Assembly: GCA_009777025.1 (NCBI GenBank)
Contig: WRMS01000002.1
Span: 1 to 37,261, forward strand
Direction of reading: 5' to 3'
DNA: 37,261 bases
Source of the DNA: Clostridiales bacterium
Lineage (GTDB): Bacteria > Bacillota > Peptococcia > DRI-13 > UBA5745
In this document: positions 26,794 to 34,557 of the stretch, one piece after another
Position numbering within the stretch: position 1 is the stretch's first letter
Layout of the letters: every line of letters begins with the position of its first letter
Notes under the pieces: generated by a model
What the model was told of the DNA's origin: nothing
What the model saw: only the letters and a program-made list of their open reading frames with translations
Databases searched by the model: none
Translations under genes and position numbers: made by a program

Positions 26794-27711
26794 ATGAATT
26801 GGCTGCAATTGGAAGAGTGGATAGAAGAAAACAGGATAGGCGCATGGCAGGCTATGGCGCCCCTTGCGGAGTTTACTTCCTGGCGAATCGGCGGCCCCGC
26901 CAGATTGATGGTTTGGCCGGAGGAGGAAGAAAAAACAGCCACTTTGCTGCGGTATTGCGCCAACTTTGGCTACCCCCTCCGCTTTCTGGGCGCCGGCACG
27001 AATCTGCTGGCAGCCGATGAAGGCCTGGAGGAACTGGTTATCCAGACCGGTAAGCTCAACACGCTGGAATGGTCGCCGGACAACGCCTCCGGCGTACTTC
27101 TACGGGCAGGCGCGGGACTGTCACTGGCATGGCTGGCGGAACGCGCCGCGCAGCAAGGCTATCAAGGCTTGGAGTTTGCCGCCGGTATACCCGGGTCCCT
27201 TGGCGGCGCTGTGGCAATGAACGCCGGCGCCTTCGGCGGGCAAATCTCGGATTTGATCCAATTCGTCCGGGTAATGGACGCCGGGGCGAATATCCGGAAG
27301 ATCGATTCTGCGGAGGCGGCATTCGGCTATCGCAGCAGCAATCTTCGCTCCGCCGGGCTGTTGATTCTCAGCGCGGTTCTGAGGCTGAGTCAGGGGAAGC
27401 GGGAGGAAAGCCTGGCCTTGATCCGGGAATACCTGGCTTCCCGCAGGCAGAAGCAGCCACTGGAGCTGCCAAGCGGCGGCAGCGTATTTCGGAACCCTGC
27501 CGGTGAAGGCGCGGGCCGCTATATCGATCAAGCCGGACTGAAGGGCCTGCGGATCGGGAATGCGCAAATATCGCCCAAACACGCCAACTTTATCGTCAAC
27601 CTGGGCGGCGCAAAGGCGGAAGACGTCAAGCAACTTATGGATATTGCCAGACAGGTTGTCCGGGAGAAATCCGGCGTTATGCTGGAAAGCGAAATCGTAA
27701 TTTGGAATTGA
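26794..27711 (+). CDS. murB: UDP-N-acetylenolpyruvoylglucosamine reductase
   Basis: It has an FAD-binding region (..FTSWRIGGPA..GAGTNLL..), GIPGSLGGAVAMNAGA and ..SGGSVFRNP.. motifs. Confidence 0.95.
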   Translation: MNWLQLEEWIEENRIGAWQAMAPLAEFTSWRIGGPARLMVWPEEEEKTATLLRYCANFGYPLRFLGAGTNLLAADEGLEELVIQTGKLNTLEWSPDNASGVLLRAGAGLSLAWLAERAAQQGYQGLEFAAGIPGSLGGAVAMNAGAFGGQISDLIQFVRVMDAGANIRKIDSAEAAFGYRSSNLRSAGLLILSAVLRLSQGKREESLALIREYLASRRQKQPLELPSGGSVFRNPAGEGAGRYIDQAGLKGLRIGNAQISPKHANFIVNLGGAKAEDVKQLMDIARQVVREKSGVMLESEIVIWN

Positions 27712-27808
27712 TTTCTGCGACAGCCGGCGCAAACTACTGGACAAATGGGAAAGGATAAATTATCATAATGATAGTACCGACTGCGAGGACATCCGGGAGT
27801 GAGCTGAC

Positions 27809-28597
27809 ATGGTAACGCGCAACCAGACAAGCTTCATGTACAGGCTCAGGCTGCGCCGGCTAAAGCGGGTTTTCTTTACCGTCGTCTGGCTGTTCTTGAT
27901 CTGTCTGGCCGGTTTTGGCGGCTATACCTTTGCCAATTCTACCTTTTTCGATCTGTCGGAAATACGGATTACCGGAAACACAGTGGTCAGCAGAGACGAG
28001 ATTATCGCGGCTTCCGGCCTGCGAATAGGAACAAACCTGCTAAAGGTTTCCAGGACGAAAGCGGCTGTGCATCTCCTGTCGCTCCCCTATATCAGGGAGG
28101 TCGAACTATCCCGCGTCTTTCCGAACAAGGTGGAGATCCGCGTCACCGAGCGGACGCCGCTGGCTCTCATCAACGCCGGCGAGCGATATCTGGTGATGGA
28201 TGAAAATGGATACTGCTTGCTGGAGGTTGCCGCCATCACAGCGGAAAGCTGGGGACTGCCCCGTATCCGCTGTAGCAGCGAAGCGATACAGCTTTTACCG
28301 GGCGAGCGTTCGGAGGATAAAGGCGTCAGGGCTGCCTTGGACCTGATTCAACAACTGGATCCCTTTTTTCTGGAAGGCATTACGGAGTTTGACGCGCCCT
28401 CCGCGGAAAAGCTGGCGCTGATCAACAGAGACGGATTGCCGGTACTCTTCGGACAGCCGGAGGATCTGGACAGAAAGCTTAAAAGCTATGAGGAACTGTT
28501 GATTAAAAATGCGGAGAGATATAACGCGAATACCCTGCAATATGTGGACATACGCTACGATACGCAGATCACCCTGAAGTGGATCAGGCCCCAGTAA
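27809..28597 (+). CDS. ftsQ: cell division protein FtsQ/DivIB
   Basis: It has an N-terminal basic stretch plus TM segment (FFTVVWLFLICLAGFGGY) and a POTRA-like segment (IRITGNTVVSRDEII..). It sits between murB and ftsZ. Confidence 0.85.
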   Translation: MVTRNQTSFMYRLRLRRLKRVFFTVVWLFLICLAGFGGYTFANSTFFDLSEIRITGNTVVSRDEIIAASGLRIGTNLLKVSRTKAAVHLLSLPYIREVELSRVFPNKVEIRVTERTPLALINAGERYLVMDENGYCLLEVAAITAESWGLPRIRCSSEAIQLLPGERSEDKGVRAALDLIQQLDPFFLEGITEFDAPSAEKLALINRDGLPVLFGQPEDLDRKLKSYEELLIKNAERYNANTLQYVDIRYDTQITLKWIRPQ

Positions 28598-28746
28598 GGG
28601 ATTGCCGCTACAGCGGGTGAGAATGCCAAATATATTCTGTGATCAGGAGGATTATCCCGGTCGATTGTGGAATGTTATAAGATTAACGCGACGCGGATGG
28701 GAACCATTGAAAATCGGAGAAATCCTGGAGGAAGCGGGGGATTACT

Positions 28747-29919
28747 TTGGCATTGGAGTTTGAGATTGAGAATAACACGAGGCGTGAAATCATCAAGGTA
28801 ATGGGCGTCGGCGGCGGAGGAGGCAACGCCATCAAGCGTATGATTGCCTGTGGGCTGAAAGGCGTCGAGTTCGTCGCTTTAAATACAGACGGTCAGGCGC
28901 TGGAGCATTCGCCTGCAGATTATTGCGTCCAGTTGGGGCCCAAATTGACCAGAAACCTTGGCGCCGGCGGCAGGCCGGATATAGGCGAAAAGGCGGCCGA
29001 AGAAAGCCGGGACGATATCTCCGCGATGATCAAAGGGAGCGATATGCTGTTTGTGACAGCGGGCATGGGCGGCGGCACCGGAACGGGAGCGGCGCCGATT
29101 ATTGCGCAAATTGCGAAGGAGCAGGGCGTCCTGACGGTCGGCATCGTAACCCGTCCGTTTCTGTTTGAAGGGAGAAAGAGAACCCGTCAGGCAGACGAAG
29201 GGATAGAAAAACTGCGGGAGCATGTGGACGCTTTGATCACAATCCCCAATGAGAAGCTTCTTCAGATCGTGGATAAAAACACCACCATGACCGAGGCTTT
29301 CCTGATGGCGGACGAAGTGTTAATGCAAGGCGTGCAGAGTATCACGGGCCTGGTGACTTTACCGGGCGACGTGAATCTGGATTTTGCCGATATCAGTACA
29401 GTCATGAAGGACGGCGGCGCGGCGTTGATGGGAATCGGAGAAGCCAATGGCGAAAAACGGGCGACCCAGGCGGCGCAAGCGGCTATCTCCAGCCCCTTGC
29501 TGGAGATCCCGATCGACGGCGCTAAGAAAGTGCTGCTGAGCGTGACCGGCGACGCCAATATCACCTTAACCGAAGTGAATGAAGCCGCGAACCTGATTAC
29601 CGAAGCCGCGGATCCGGAAGCGGAGGTATTCTGGGGACAGGCTATCGATGAGAGCCTGGGGGATAATATCCGGATAACGGTGATCGCTACCGACTTTGGT
29701 CCCAGTAAGAACCGGAAGGATGTCAAAGGACCGGGTATGCAGCCGAGTAGGACGCAGGTGAAGCCAAGGACTGGCGAGATAAGCGCGATCGAGCTGGAGG
29801 ATGTGTTTGACAAGAATACGCGTAGCCAGAATTCCCCCCTTCGGTCGGTAAGCGGCATTGCCAGGCAGAACGAGGATCTGCCGCCCTTTTTAAAGAATAA
29901 AGACTTTCCGGACGAGTAA
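28747..29919 (+). CDS. ftsZ: cell division protein FtsZ
   Basis: It has [14 protein letters not shown] and the tubulin signature [10 protein letters not shown]. The TTG start follows a GGAGGAAGCGGGGG SD, and a C-terminal variable linker is present. Confidence 0.95.
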   Translation: MALEFEIENNTRREIIKVMGVGGGGGNAIKRMIACGLKGVEFVALNTDGQALEHSPADYCVQLGPKLTRNLGAGGRPDIGEKAAEESRDDISAMIKGSDMLFVTAGMGGGTGTGAAPIIAQIAKEQGVLTVGIVTRPFLFEGRKRTRQADEGIEKLREHVDALITIPNEKLLQIVDKNTTMTEAFLMADEVLMQGVQSITGLVTLPGDVNLDFADISTVMKDGGAALMGIGEANGEKRATQAAQAAISSPLLEIPIDGAKKVLLSVTGDANITLTEVNEAANLITEAADPEAEVFWGQAIDESLGDNIRITVIATDFGPSKNRKDVKGPGMQPSRTQVKPRTGEISAIELEDVFDKNTRSQNSPLRSVSGIARQNEDLPPFLKNKDFPDE

Positions 29920-29929
29920 TATTTTCTGA

Positions 29930-29960
29930 AGCTCCAAAATAGATCATTTTGGGGCTTTTT
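29930..29960 (+). terminator. intrinsic terminator closing the dcw cluster
   Basis: An 11-bp stem, AGCTCCAAAAT / ATTTTGGGGCT, with a 5-nt loop, followed by TTTT. Confidence 0.85.
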
Positions 29961-30229
29961 CTTGGCTATTGGAATGATGTTGCCATGCGGTACCCCAGAA
30001 TAAGCTGCGCCCATAACCTGAAGCGGCGTAGCCCCGGGAGGTGATAGGTAAGCTTTACAGGATTTGCATAAGGAGCCGGACGAACGATAGCCGGAACTGT
30101 GTCGTATGGGGTTGCGGGAAGCAGCCCGTTTCAGAGCTTTAAAATGGGAACGAGTCTAGCGAATCAGAAAAGAAAAAGCCGCGGTTGCCCGGATTGGTGG
30201 CAAAATCTAAGGACGAAAGGGAGATGATC

Positions 30230-31696
30230 ATGAGTATTGCACAGGCTCCTCTGGCTGGTTCGGCTTCAGGTGAAGCAATGAAAAGGTATATGCCCTGGTT
30301 GTTTTTCGCGGTTATGTTTGGTCAAGGTTTTGGTCCCTTATTGGTGTTGCAGTATTTGTCCTTCTACGTATCGGACTACATGGGTATGAGTCTGGTTACC
30401 CTGGGGATCGTATTGACCGGTTGCAACGTATCCGACTGGGCCTTTACGCTGATCACCGGGACCATTGTCCAGAGAACCAATACCCGCTGGGGCCAGTACC
30501 GGCCTTGGATCTTTTTTAGCCCCATATTGATCTTTGTCTGCTACGTCACTATTTTCTCCGGTTTCGTAGCCTCAGAACTGGTCAATATCATCGTAATCGC
30601 CGCTTGTTATGGCATAAGCGGCTTTGGCTGGCAGACCTTGCAGCTTTCCAACAACGGGATCCTGACGAAAGTTGCCGGCGCCGACGGCGCAACCCGCCTG
30701 TTGCTCAGCGCGCGGATGCAGATGGGGACCCGCTTTGCCGGCATATTCACGGCGATGATCACCGCCCCGCTGATCCAATACTCCACAGAACACGGCTTTA
30801 ACGGCTACCGGCTGATGGCCATCGGTTATGGCTTCGTGTATCTCATCCCCAACATAACCATGTTTTTCCTGAGTAAGAAGTACGATCAGTTTGACCCTGA
30901 TTTCAAGGCGCCCACGGCAGGCGGCAGCGTCAAGGTATGGGAACTGTGGAAAACCACCTTTACCAACCCCCACTTTCTGATCATATTTCTGGCGGGCATA
31001 ACCATCTCCGTGGACGACAACATGGTCGCCCCCCTCAATACCTATTTCTTCCGGTACTCGATCGGAAACTTCTCCCTGCTGGCCGTATCGGGGACCATAT
31101 CCCTGTTCATCGCCTCTATCGCGGCAACGCTGATGCGGCCGGTTGCCCAAAAGCTAGGTAAACGAAACTCAGCGCTGATATCCTTCGCGATAGGCGTGTT
31201 CCTGAATATCGGCATCGCTTTCCTCACCCATCAGAATTTCGTCGCGAAAGTGGTGCTGGTTTCCTGCCTGCAGGTACAGTTTATCCTCTTTACGATCTGG
31301 GGTATCAATCTGTACCTGGACGCCGCCGAATACCAGGAATGGAAGACCGGCAAGGATATGAAAGCCTTCGTCATGTCCATGAACAACATGGTCCCCCGGA
31401 TCGCCTCGGTGTTTGGGGCGCCATTCTCAGCCATCGTTTTGTCACAATCCGGCTATAACCCGGCTACGCAAACGATGGCGAATCCGGAGATTATGACGAT
31501 GTTTATCGGTTTGTTGCCCGCTTTCACCTATGCCTGTGGATTCCTCATCTATTTGTTCGGCTACAAAATGACGGAAGAAAAGGCCCAGGAATATGCGGAC
31601 TTCAATAAGAAAAGGCGGGAGGAACGCATAGCCGCCGCCCTTGCCGCTGGGGAAACGATAGAGCCGGAACCGGAACTGGTATTTGAAGACGACTAA
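30230..31696 (+). CDS. GPH/MFS_2 family cation symporter (glycoside-pentoside-hexuronide type)
   Basis: It has about 12 TM segments and RWGQYRPW, a variant of the GPH signature RxGKFRPW after TM2. ATG 30230 lies 6 nt after AAGGGAG. The track start at 30185 is unlikely. Confidence 0.8.
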   Translation: MSIAQAPLAGSASGEAMKRYMPWLFFAVMFGQGFGPLLVLQYLSFYVSDYMGMSLVTLGIVLTGCNVSDWAFTLITGTIVQRTNTRWGQYRPWIFFSPILIFVCYVTIFSGFVASELVNIIVIAACYGISGFGWQTLQLSNNGILTKVAGADGATRLLLSARMQMGTRFAGIFTAMITAPLIQYSTEHGFNGYRLMAIGYGFVYLIPNITMFFLSKKYDQFDPDFKAPTAGGSVKVWELWKTTFTNPHFLIIFLAGITISVDDNMVAPLNTYFFRYSIGNFSLLAVSGTISLFIASIAATLMRPVAQKLGKRNSALISFAIGVFLNIGIAFLTHQNFVAKVVLVSCLQVQFILFTIWGINLYLDAAEYQEWKTGKDMKAFVMSMNNMVPRIASVFGAPFSAIVLSQSGYNPATQTMANPEIMTMFIGLLPAFTYACGFLIYLFGYKMTEEKAQEYADFNKKRREERIAAALAAGETIEPEPELVFEDD

Positions 31697-31817
31697 CGTG
31701 GGCTGCCGCCCGCCGCGCGCCGCTTGCCGCGCGCCGCGTCAGGCGCCGAGCAGTTGAACCGCCCGCCGCCGGTGCGTCAGACGCCGAACAGCCTCGCTCA
31801 TATCAAAGCATGATAAA

Positions 31818-31852
31818 AGACCGGATCGCCTAAGGGCCTGATCCGGTCTTTA
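31818..31852 (+). terminator. candidate intrinsic terminator after the symporter gene
   Basis: A 10-bp stem, AGACCGGATC / GATCCGGTCT, followed by TTTAGTT. Confidence 0.65.
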
Positions 31853-32133
31853 GTTACAGTTCAGTGCTGACTATGGAGGCGCCGACACATTTGCCCGGCT
31901 ACACGTCACATTCGTGATCAACATCAGGCTTTCTGATTATGTAGCCTAACGGCTCAACGTCCTTCCGATGTATCACCCGCCAGCCTCCTTGAAGGACCTT
32001 CGCCTGAACCCCCTCACGGGTGCTTCTACGGCTTCATTGGCTGCCAAGCCTGTGTTTCACGACTTCATGTTCCTACCGTAGCCTGGGCAAACATGTCCGC
32101 CCGCCACCTACTGAGTCGGCACTGAACTGTAAC
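31853..32133. mobile_element. MITE-like element: about 50-bp imperfect terminal inverted repeats around a roughly 170-bp hairpin-rich core, with no ORF
   Basis: The left end is GTTACAGTTCAGTGCTGACTATGGAGGCGCCGACACATTTGCCCGGCTAC. The reverse complement of the right end is GTTACAGTTCAGTGCCGACTCAGTAGGTGGCGGGCGGACATGTTTGCCCAGGCTAC. GTCTTTA occurs on both flanks (31846-31852 and 32136-32142). Confidence 0.55.
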
Positions 32134-32142
32134 CAGTCTTTA

Positions 32143-32187
32143 TCCTTGAAGTGCTCAAGTCCTTGAAGTGCAAAGTCCTTGAAGTGC
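32143..32187 (+). repeat. three tandem direct repeats of TCCTTGAAGTGC (16-17 bp period) abutting the aspartate kinase promoter
   Basis: Exact 12-mers lie at 32143-32154, 32160-32171 and 32176-32187. Copies 2 and 3 share AAGTCCTTGAAGTGC. A further CTTGAAG lies at 32219-32225, just after the -10. Confidence 0.9.
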
Positions 32188-32190
32188 TTA

Positions 32191-32218
32191 TTGACAATTG
32201 AGTGAAATAGCGTATAAT
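32191..32218 (+). promoter_or_regulatory. consensus sigma-A promoter of the aspartate kinase gene
   Basis: TTGACA (32191-32196), a 16-nt spacer, then TATAAT (32213-32218). Confidence 0.75.
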
Positions 32219-32330
32219 CTTGAAGATACTACAGGGAATCGTCCGCTTAGAGAGGACACATGTCCACCAGGCATGGACATTTTCGGTGGCCAGTAGCGTT
32301 CCGGCTGCCGATAGGATTGGAGATAAGCCG

Positions 32331-33467
32331 ATGGCATTGATCGTGAAGAAATTTGGCGGGACTTCCGTCAGTACAAAAGAGCGAAGGCAGCAGGTACTGA
32401 AAAAAATCATGGATGAAAAAAACGCGGGAAATGACGTTGTCGTCGTGGTATCCGCTATGGGCCGGCGGGGCGATCCTTACGCTACAGATACTTTCTTGGA
32501 TATGCTCAGCGACGTATCCCCGCGCCCCTCTGCCAGAACGAAAGATCTGCTGGCCGGATGCGGTGAAATCATCGCGGCTTGCCTGGTGGCGGAGGATCTC
32601 AGGACATGCGGCTATCCGGCGATTCCCATAACCGGGCTGCAAGCCGGGATACATACAGACGATCACTTTACAGACGGAATTGTCCAGGATGTAGACGCTT
32701 CATATATTAAAGAGGTAATTGCCGGAGGGTCTGTGGCGGTTGTTACCGGGTTTCAGGGCTACAGTGACAAGATGGACCTGGTTACCTTGGGCAGGGGCGG
32801 CAGCGATATCACCGCGATCGTCCTGGGCGGCGCTTTGGAGGCGGATGGCGTCGAGATTTATACGGATGTGCCCGGTATAGCCTTTACCGATCCTCGCCTT
32901 GTCCCTTCGGCGCCTTTTCTGAGTTCGATTGATTTCTCACCGATGTATGTATTGGCCATGACAGGCGCCAAGGTAGTCCATCCCCGTGCGGTGAGCGCGG
33001 CGATCCAATTTGACCGGCCTTTCCGGGTTCGCTCCACCTTTGACGATGAGCCGGGAACCTTAGTTGGTAAAAAAGGCGAAGCGCCGGGAGGCTTGTACGG
33101 CATCTCTTTGATGGGCGATATGATTCTGGCGCATGCGGAGCGGGATCCTGAGCAGCGTTTGCACATCGCTTCCTGCAATACATGGTTTTATAAAGCGGAT
33201 GGGGAAGGAAGCACAGCCATAGTCGAGCCGGGCAAAGCGGAAGAATTGAAAGAGCTGTGTCTGCTCAAGGATGTTGACGTTGTCTCGCTCCAATGGGATC
33301 CGGACTCCGGCCTGCACCCGGAGTTGGTCGCTGAAGCGCTGGACGCCCTGCATATACATTGGGAAGGCTATTTTGCGCTTCCCGGCGGTGGCGCTTGGGC
33401 GATTGCGCCGGACAAGGCAAAGGACGCCGTACTGGCTTTATTCCGGGCGCCCTTACAAAAAGGCTGA
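32331..33467 (+). CDS. aspartate kinase (monofunctional, DapG/LysC-like)
   Basis: MALIVKKFGGTSV.. has the canonical KFGGTS N-terminus, with ..VVVVSAMG.., ..GRGGSD.. and ..IYTDVPGI.. motifs. GGAG lies upstream of ATG 32331. The track start at 32220 lies inside the promoter. Confidence 0.9.
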   Translation: MALIVKKFGGTSVSTKERRQQVLKKIMDEKNAGNDVVVVVSAMGRRGDPYATDTFLDMLSDVSPRPSARTKDLLAGCGEIIAACLVAEDLRTCGYPAIPITGLQAGIHTDDHFTDGIVQDVDASYIKEVIAGGSVAVVTGFQGYSDKMDLVTLGRGGSDITAIVLGGALEADGVEIYTDVPGIAFTDPRLVPSAPFLSSIDFSPMYVLAMTGAKVVHPRAVSAAIQFDRPFRVRSTFDDEPGTLVGKKGEAPGGLYGISLMGDMILAHAERDPEQRLHIASCNTWFYKADGEGSTAIVEPGKAEELKELCLLKDVDVVSLQWDPDSGLHPELVAEALDALHIHWEGYFALPGGGAWAIAPDKAKDAVLALFRAPLQKG

Positions 33468-33475
33468 AGTTTAGC

Positions 33476-33538
33476 GTTCAGTGCCGACTCAGTAGGTGGC
33501 GGGCAAATGCTCCGCCCGCCACCATAGTCGGCACTGAA
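33476..33538. repeat. 63-bp hairpin repeat, a short (core-less) copy of the 31853-32133 element arms
   Basis: GTTCAGTGCCGACTCAGTAGGTGGCGGGC - AAATGCTC - CGCCCGCCACCATAGTCGGCACTGAA. Both arms match the two TIR types of the long element. Confidence 0.8.
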
Positions 33539-33665
33539 TGGGAAAGGCTGAAGTGGGAGTTTCGACGTATAATGGCACGGTTCTATGGTATAGTGCTATG
33601 GTTGTATGATATAGTGTAGGCACAGAGCCTTGAACAAATCAATACGCTTTGGGGGGTGAGCCACA

Positions 33666-33968
33666 TTGGATGACGCTTTGATGAATGAATTGGAAAACCT
33701 TCGGGCGGAAAACAAGATATTACGGGATTCCCTGGTTGAAATCAGGCCCGGCGCACCGGAAGACGAGGAGCATGGTAGTTTCAAACCGTTTGAAGAGCTT
33801 GTGGAAATGCTTCACTCGGCTGCTGAGCAAACGAAAGAAACCCTGAGCCCGGGAACGGAGAGACTCACCGCGTTCTTGAGCAGACAAATGGAGGAAAACC
33901 CTGTTCCTATGCTGTTGGCGGCGTTTGGAGCCGGTTATCTGACCAGTCGCAGGATGAACGGCAAATGA
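33666..33968 (+). CDS. DUF883/YqjD-ElaB-like membrane-anchored protein
   Basis: TTG start after GGGGGGTGA. It has a coiled-coil N-terminal part and a C-terminal anchor (PVPMLLAAFGAGYLTSR) typical of the YqjD/ElaB family. Confidence 0.6.
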   Translation: MDDALMNELENLRAENKILRDSLVEIRPGAPEDEEHGSFKPFEELVEMLHSAAEQTKETLSPGTERLTAFLSRQMEENPVPMLLAAFGAGYLTSRRMNGK

Positions 33969-34285
33969 TGCAGGAGAAGCAAGAAGAAAACAAAAAAGAA
34001 GAAACAGCCGTTGAGAAAATCACAGCCTATTTTCTCACCGTTCTTGAAATTGTGGAAAAAGAGCTTGCCCTGTTTAAACTGAATGCGGCAAAGACGATTA
34101 TGGGTCTGGGCTGGTTTCTTATGGCCCTTTTGTTATTAGCCGCAGGGCTGCTTTTGTTAGCCTGGACCTGCTTCACCGCCGTTTCTCTTCTGATCGGACC
34201 TGTAGTAGCGGGATTAACAGCCTCTATCCTAGTAATCGCGGGAGGAGTGGTTTTCTTATGGATCAGCAGAAAGAACCTCAAGTAA
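33965..34285 (+). CDS. YqjE-like / holin-X (Phage_holin_3_6, DUF1469) family membrane protein
   Basis: ATGA start-stop overlap with the upstream gene. It has two long hydrophobic segments (GLGWFLMALLLLAAGLLLLAW and GPVVAGLTASILVIAGGVVFLWI) after an amphipathic N-terminus. Confidence 0.6.
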   Translation: MMQEKQEENKKEETAVEKITAYFLTVLEIVEKELALFKLNAAKTIMGLGWFLMALLLLAAGLLLLAWTCFTAVSLLIGPVVAGLTASILVIAGGVVFLWISRKNLK

Positions 34286-34518
34286 ACCTGGAGCAAACCG
34301 GTGAAGCGCTGCGTTCGGCTAAGGAACGCCTTTCCGGGCAAGCGGAGAGCCTTTCCCTGAAGGAATACATGGTGAAGCACCCGTATATCGCCTTGGGAAC
34401 GGCGTTTCTAGCGGGAACCTTAATGGGCGGTTCCGGAGAAATACGGGAAAGCGTCGTGAAAGCGGCAACCGAAGTCATCAGCAAAGAAGTCATCCACCAT
34501 GAGAAAAAGAAAAGGTAA
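34258..34518 (+). CDS. small DUF883/YqjK-like protein
   Basis: It overlaps the upstream gene by 28 nt. It has the central segment HPYIALGTAFLAGTLMGG and a basic tail. Confidence 0.5.
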   Translation: MDQQKEPQVNLEQTGEALRSAKERLSGQAESLSLKEYMVKHPYIALGTAFLAGTLMGGSGEIRESVVKAATEVISKEVIHHEKKKR

Positions 34519-34557
34519 TCGGAAAGTCGAAAAAGGAAAAGACTAGTGGTAAGCGAA

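Noticed and set aside
29262-30014. 250-aa minus-strand ORF
   Set aside because: It is antisense to ftsZ. Its Ser/Ile-rich mirror composition marks it as an artefact.
29961-30229. 270-nt untranslated region upstream of the symporter gene, examined for a riboswitch or small ORF
   Set aside because: It contains a hairpin (GGGTTGC-GGGAA-GCAGCCC, about 30109-30127) and a direct AGCCGG repeat. I could not match any known riboswitch core (TPP, cobalamin, yybP-ykoY and others), and there is no convincing ORF. The evidence is insufficient to call.
32143-32187. Tandem repeats considered as a CRISPR array
   Set aside because: The repeats are 12 nt long with 4-5 nt between them. There are no spacer-sized unique segments and no cas genes. 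This is a short tandem repeat, not CRISPR.
32220-32330. 37-codon N-terminal extension of the aspartate kinase gene, and a possible lysine (L-box) riboswitch
   Set aside because: The TTG at 32220 lies 2 nt after the -10 box, so it cannot be translated from this promoter. The canonical MALIVKKFGGTS start at 32331 has its own GGAG. The leader of about 105 nt is too short for an L-box, and I could not recognise its conserved elements. It is kept only as a candidate attenuator in the findings.
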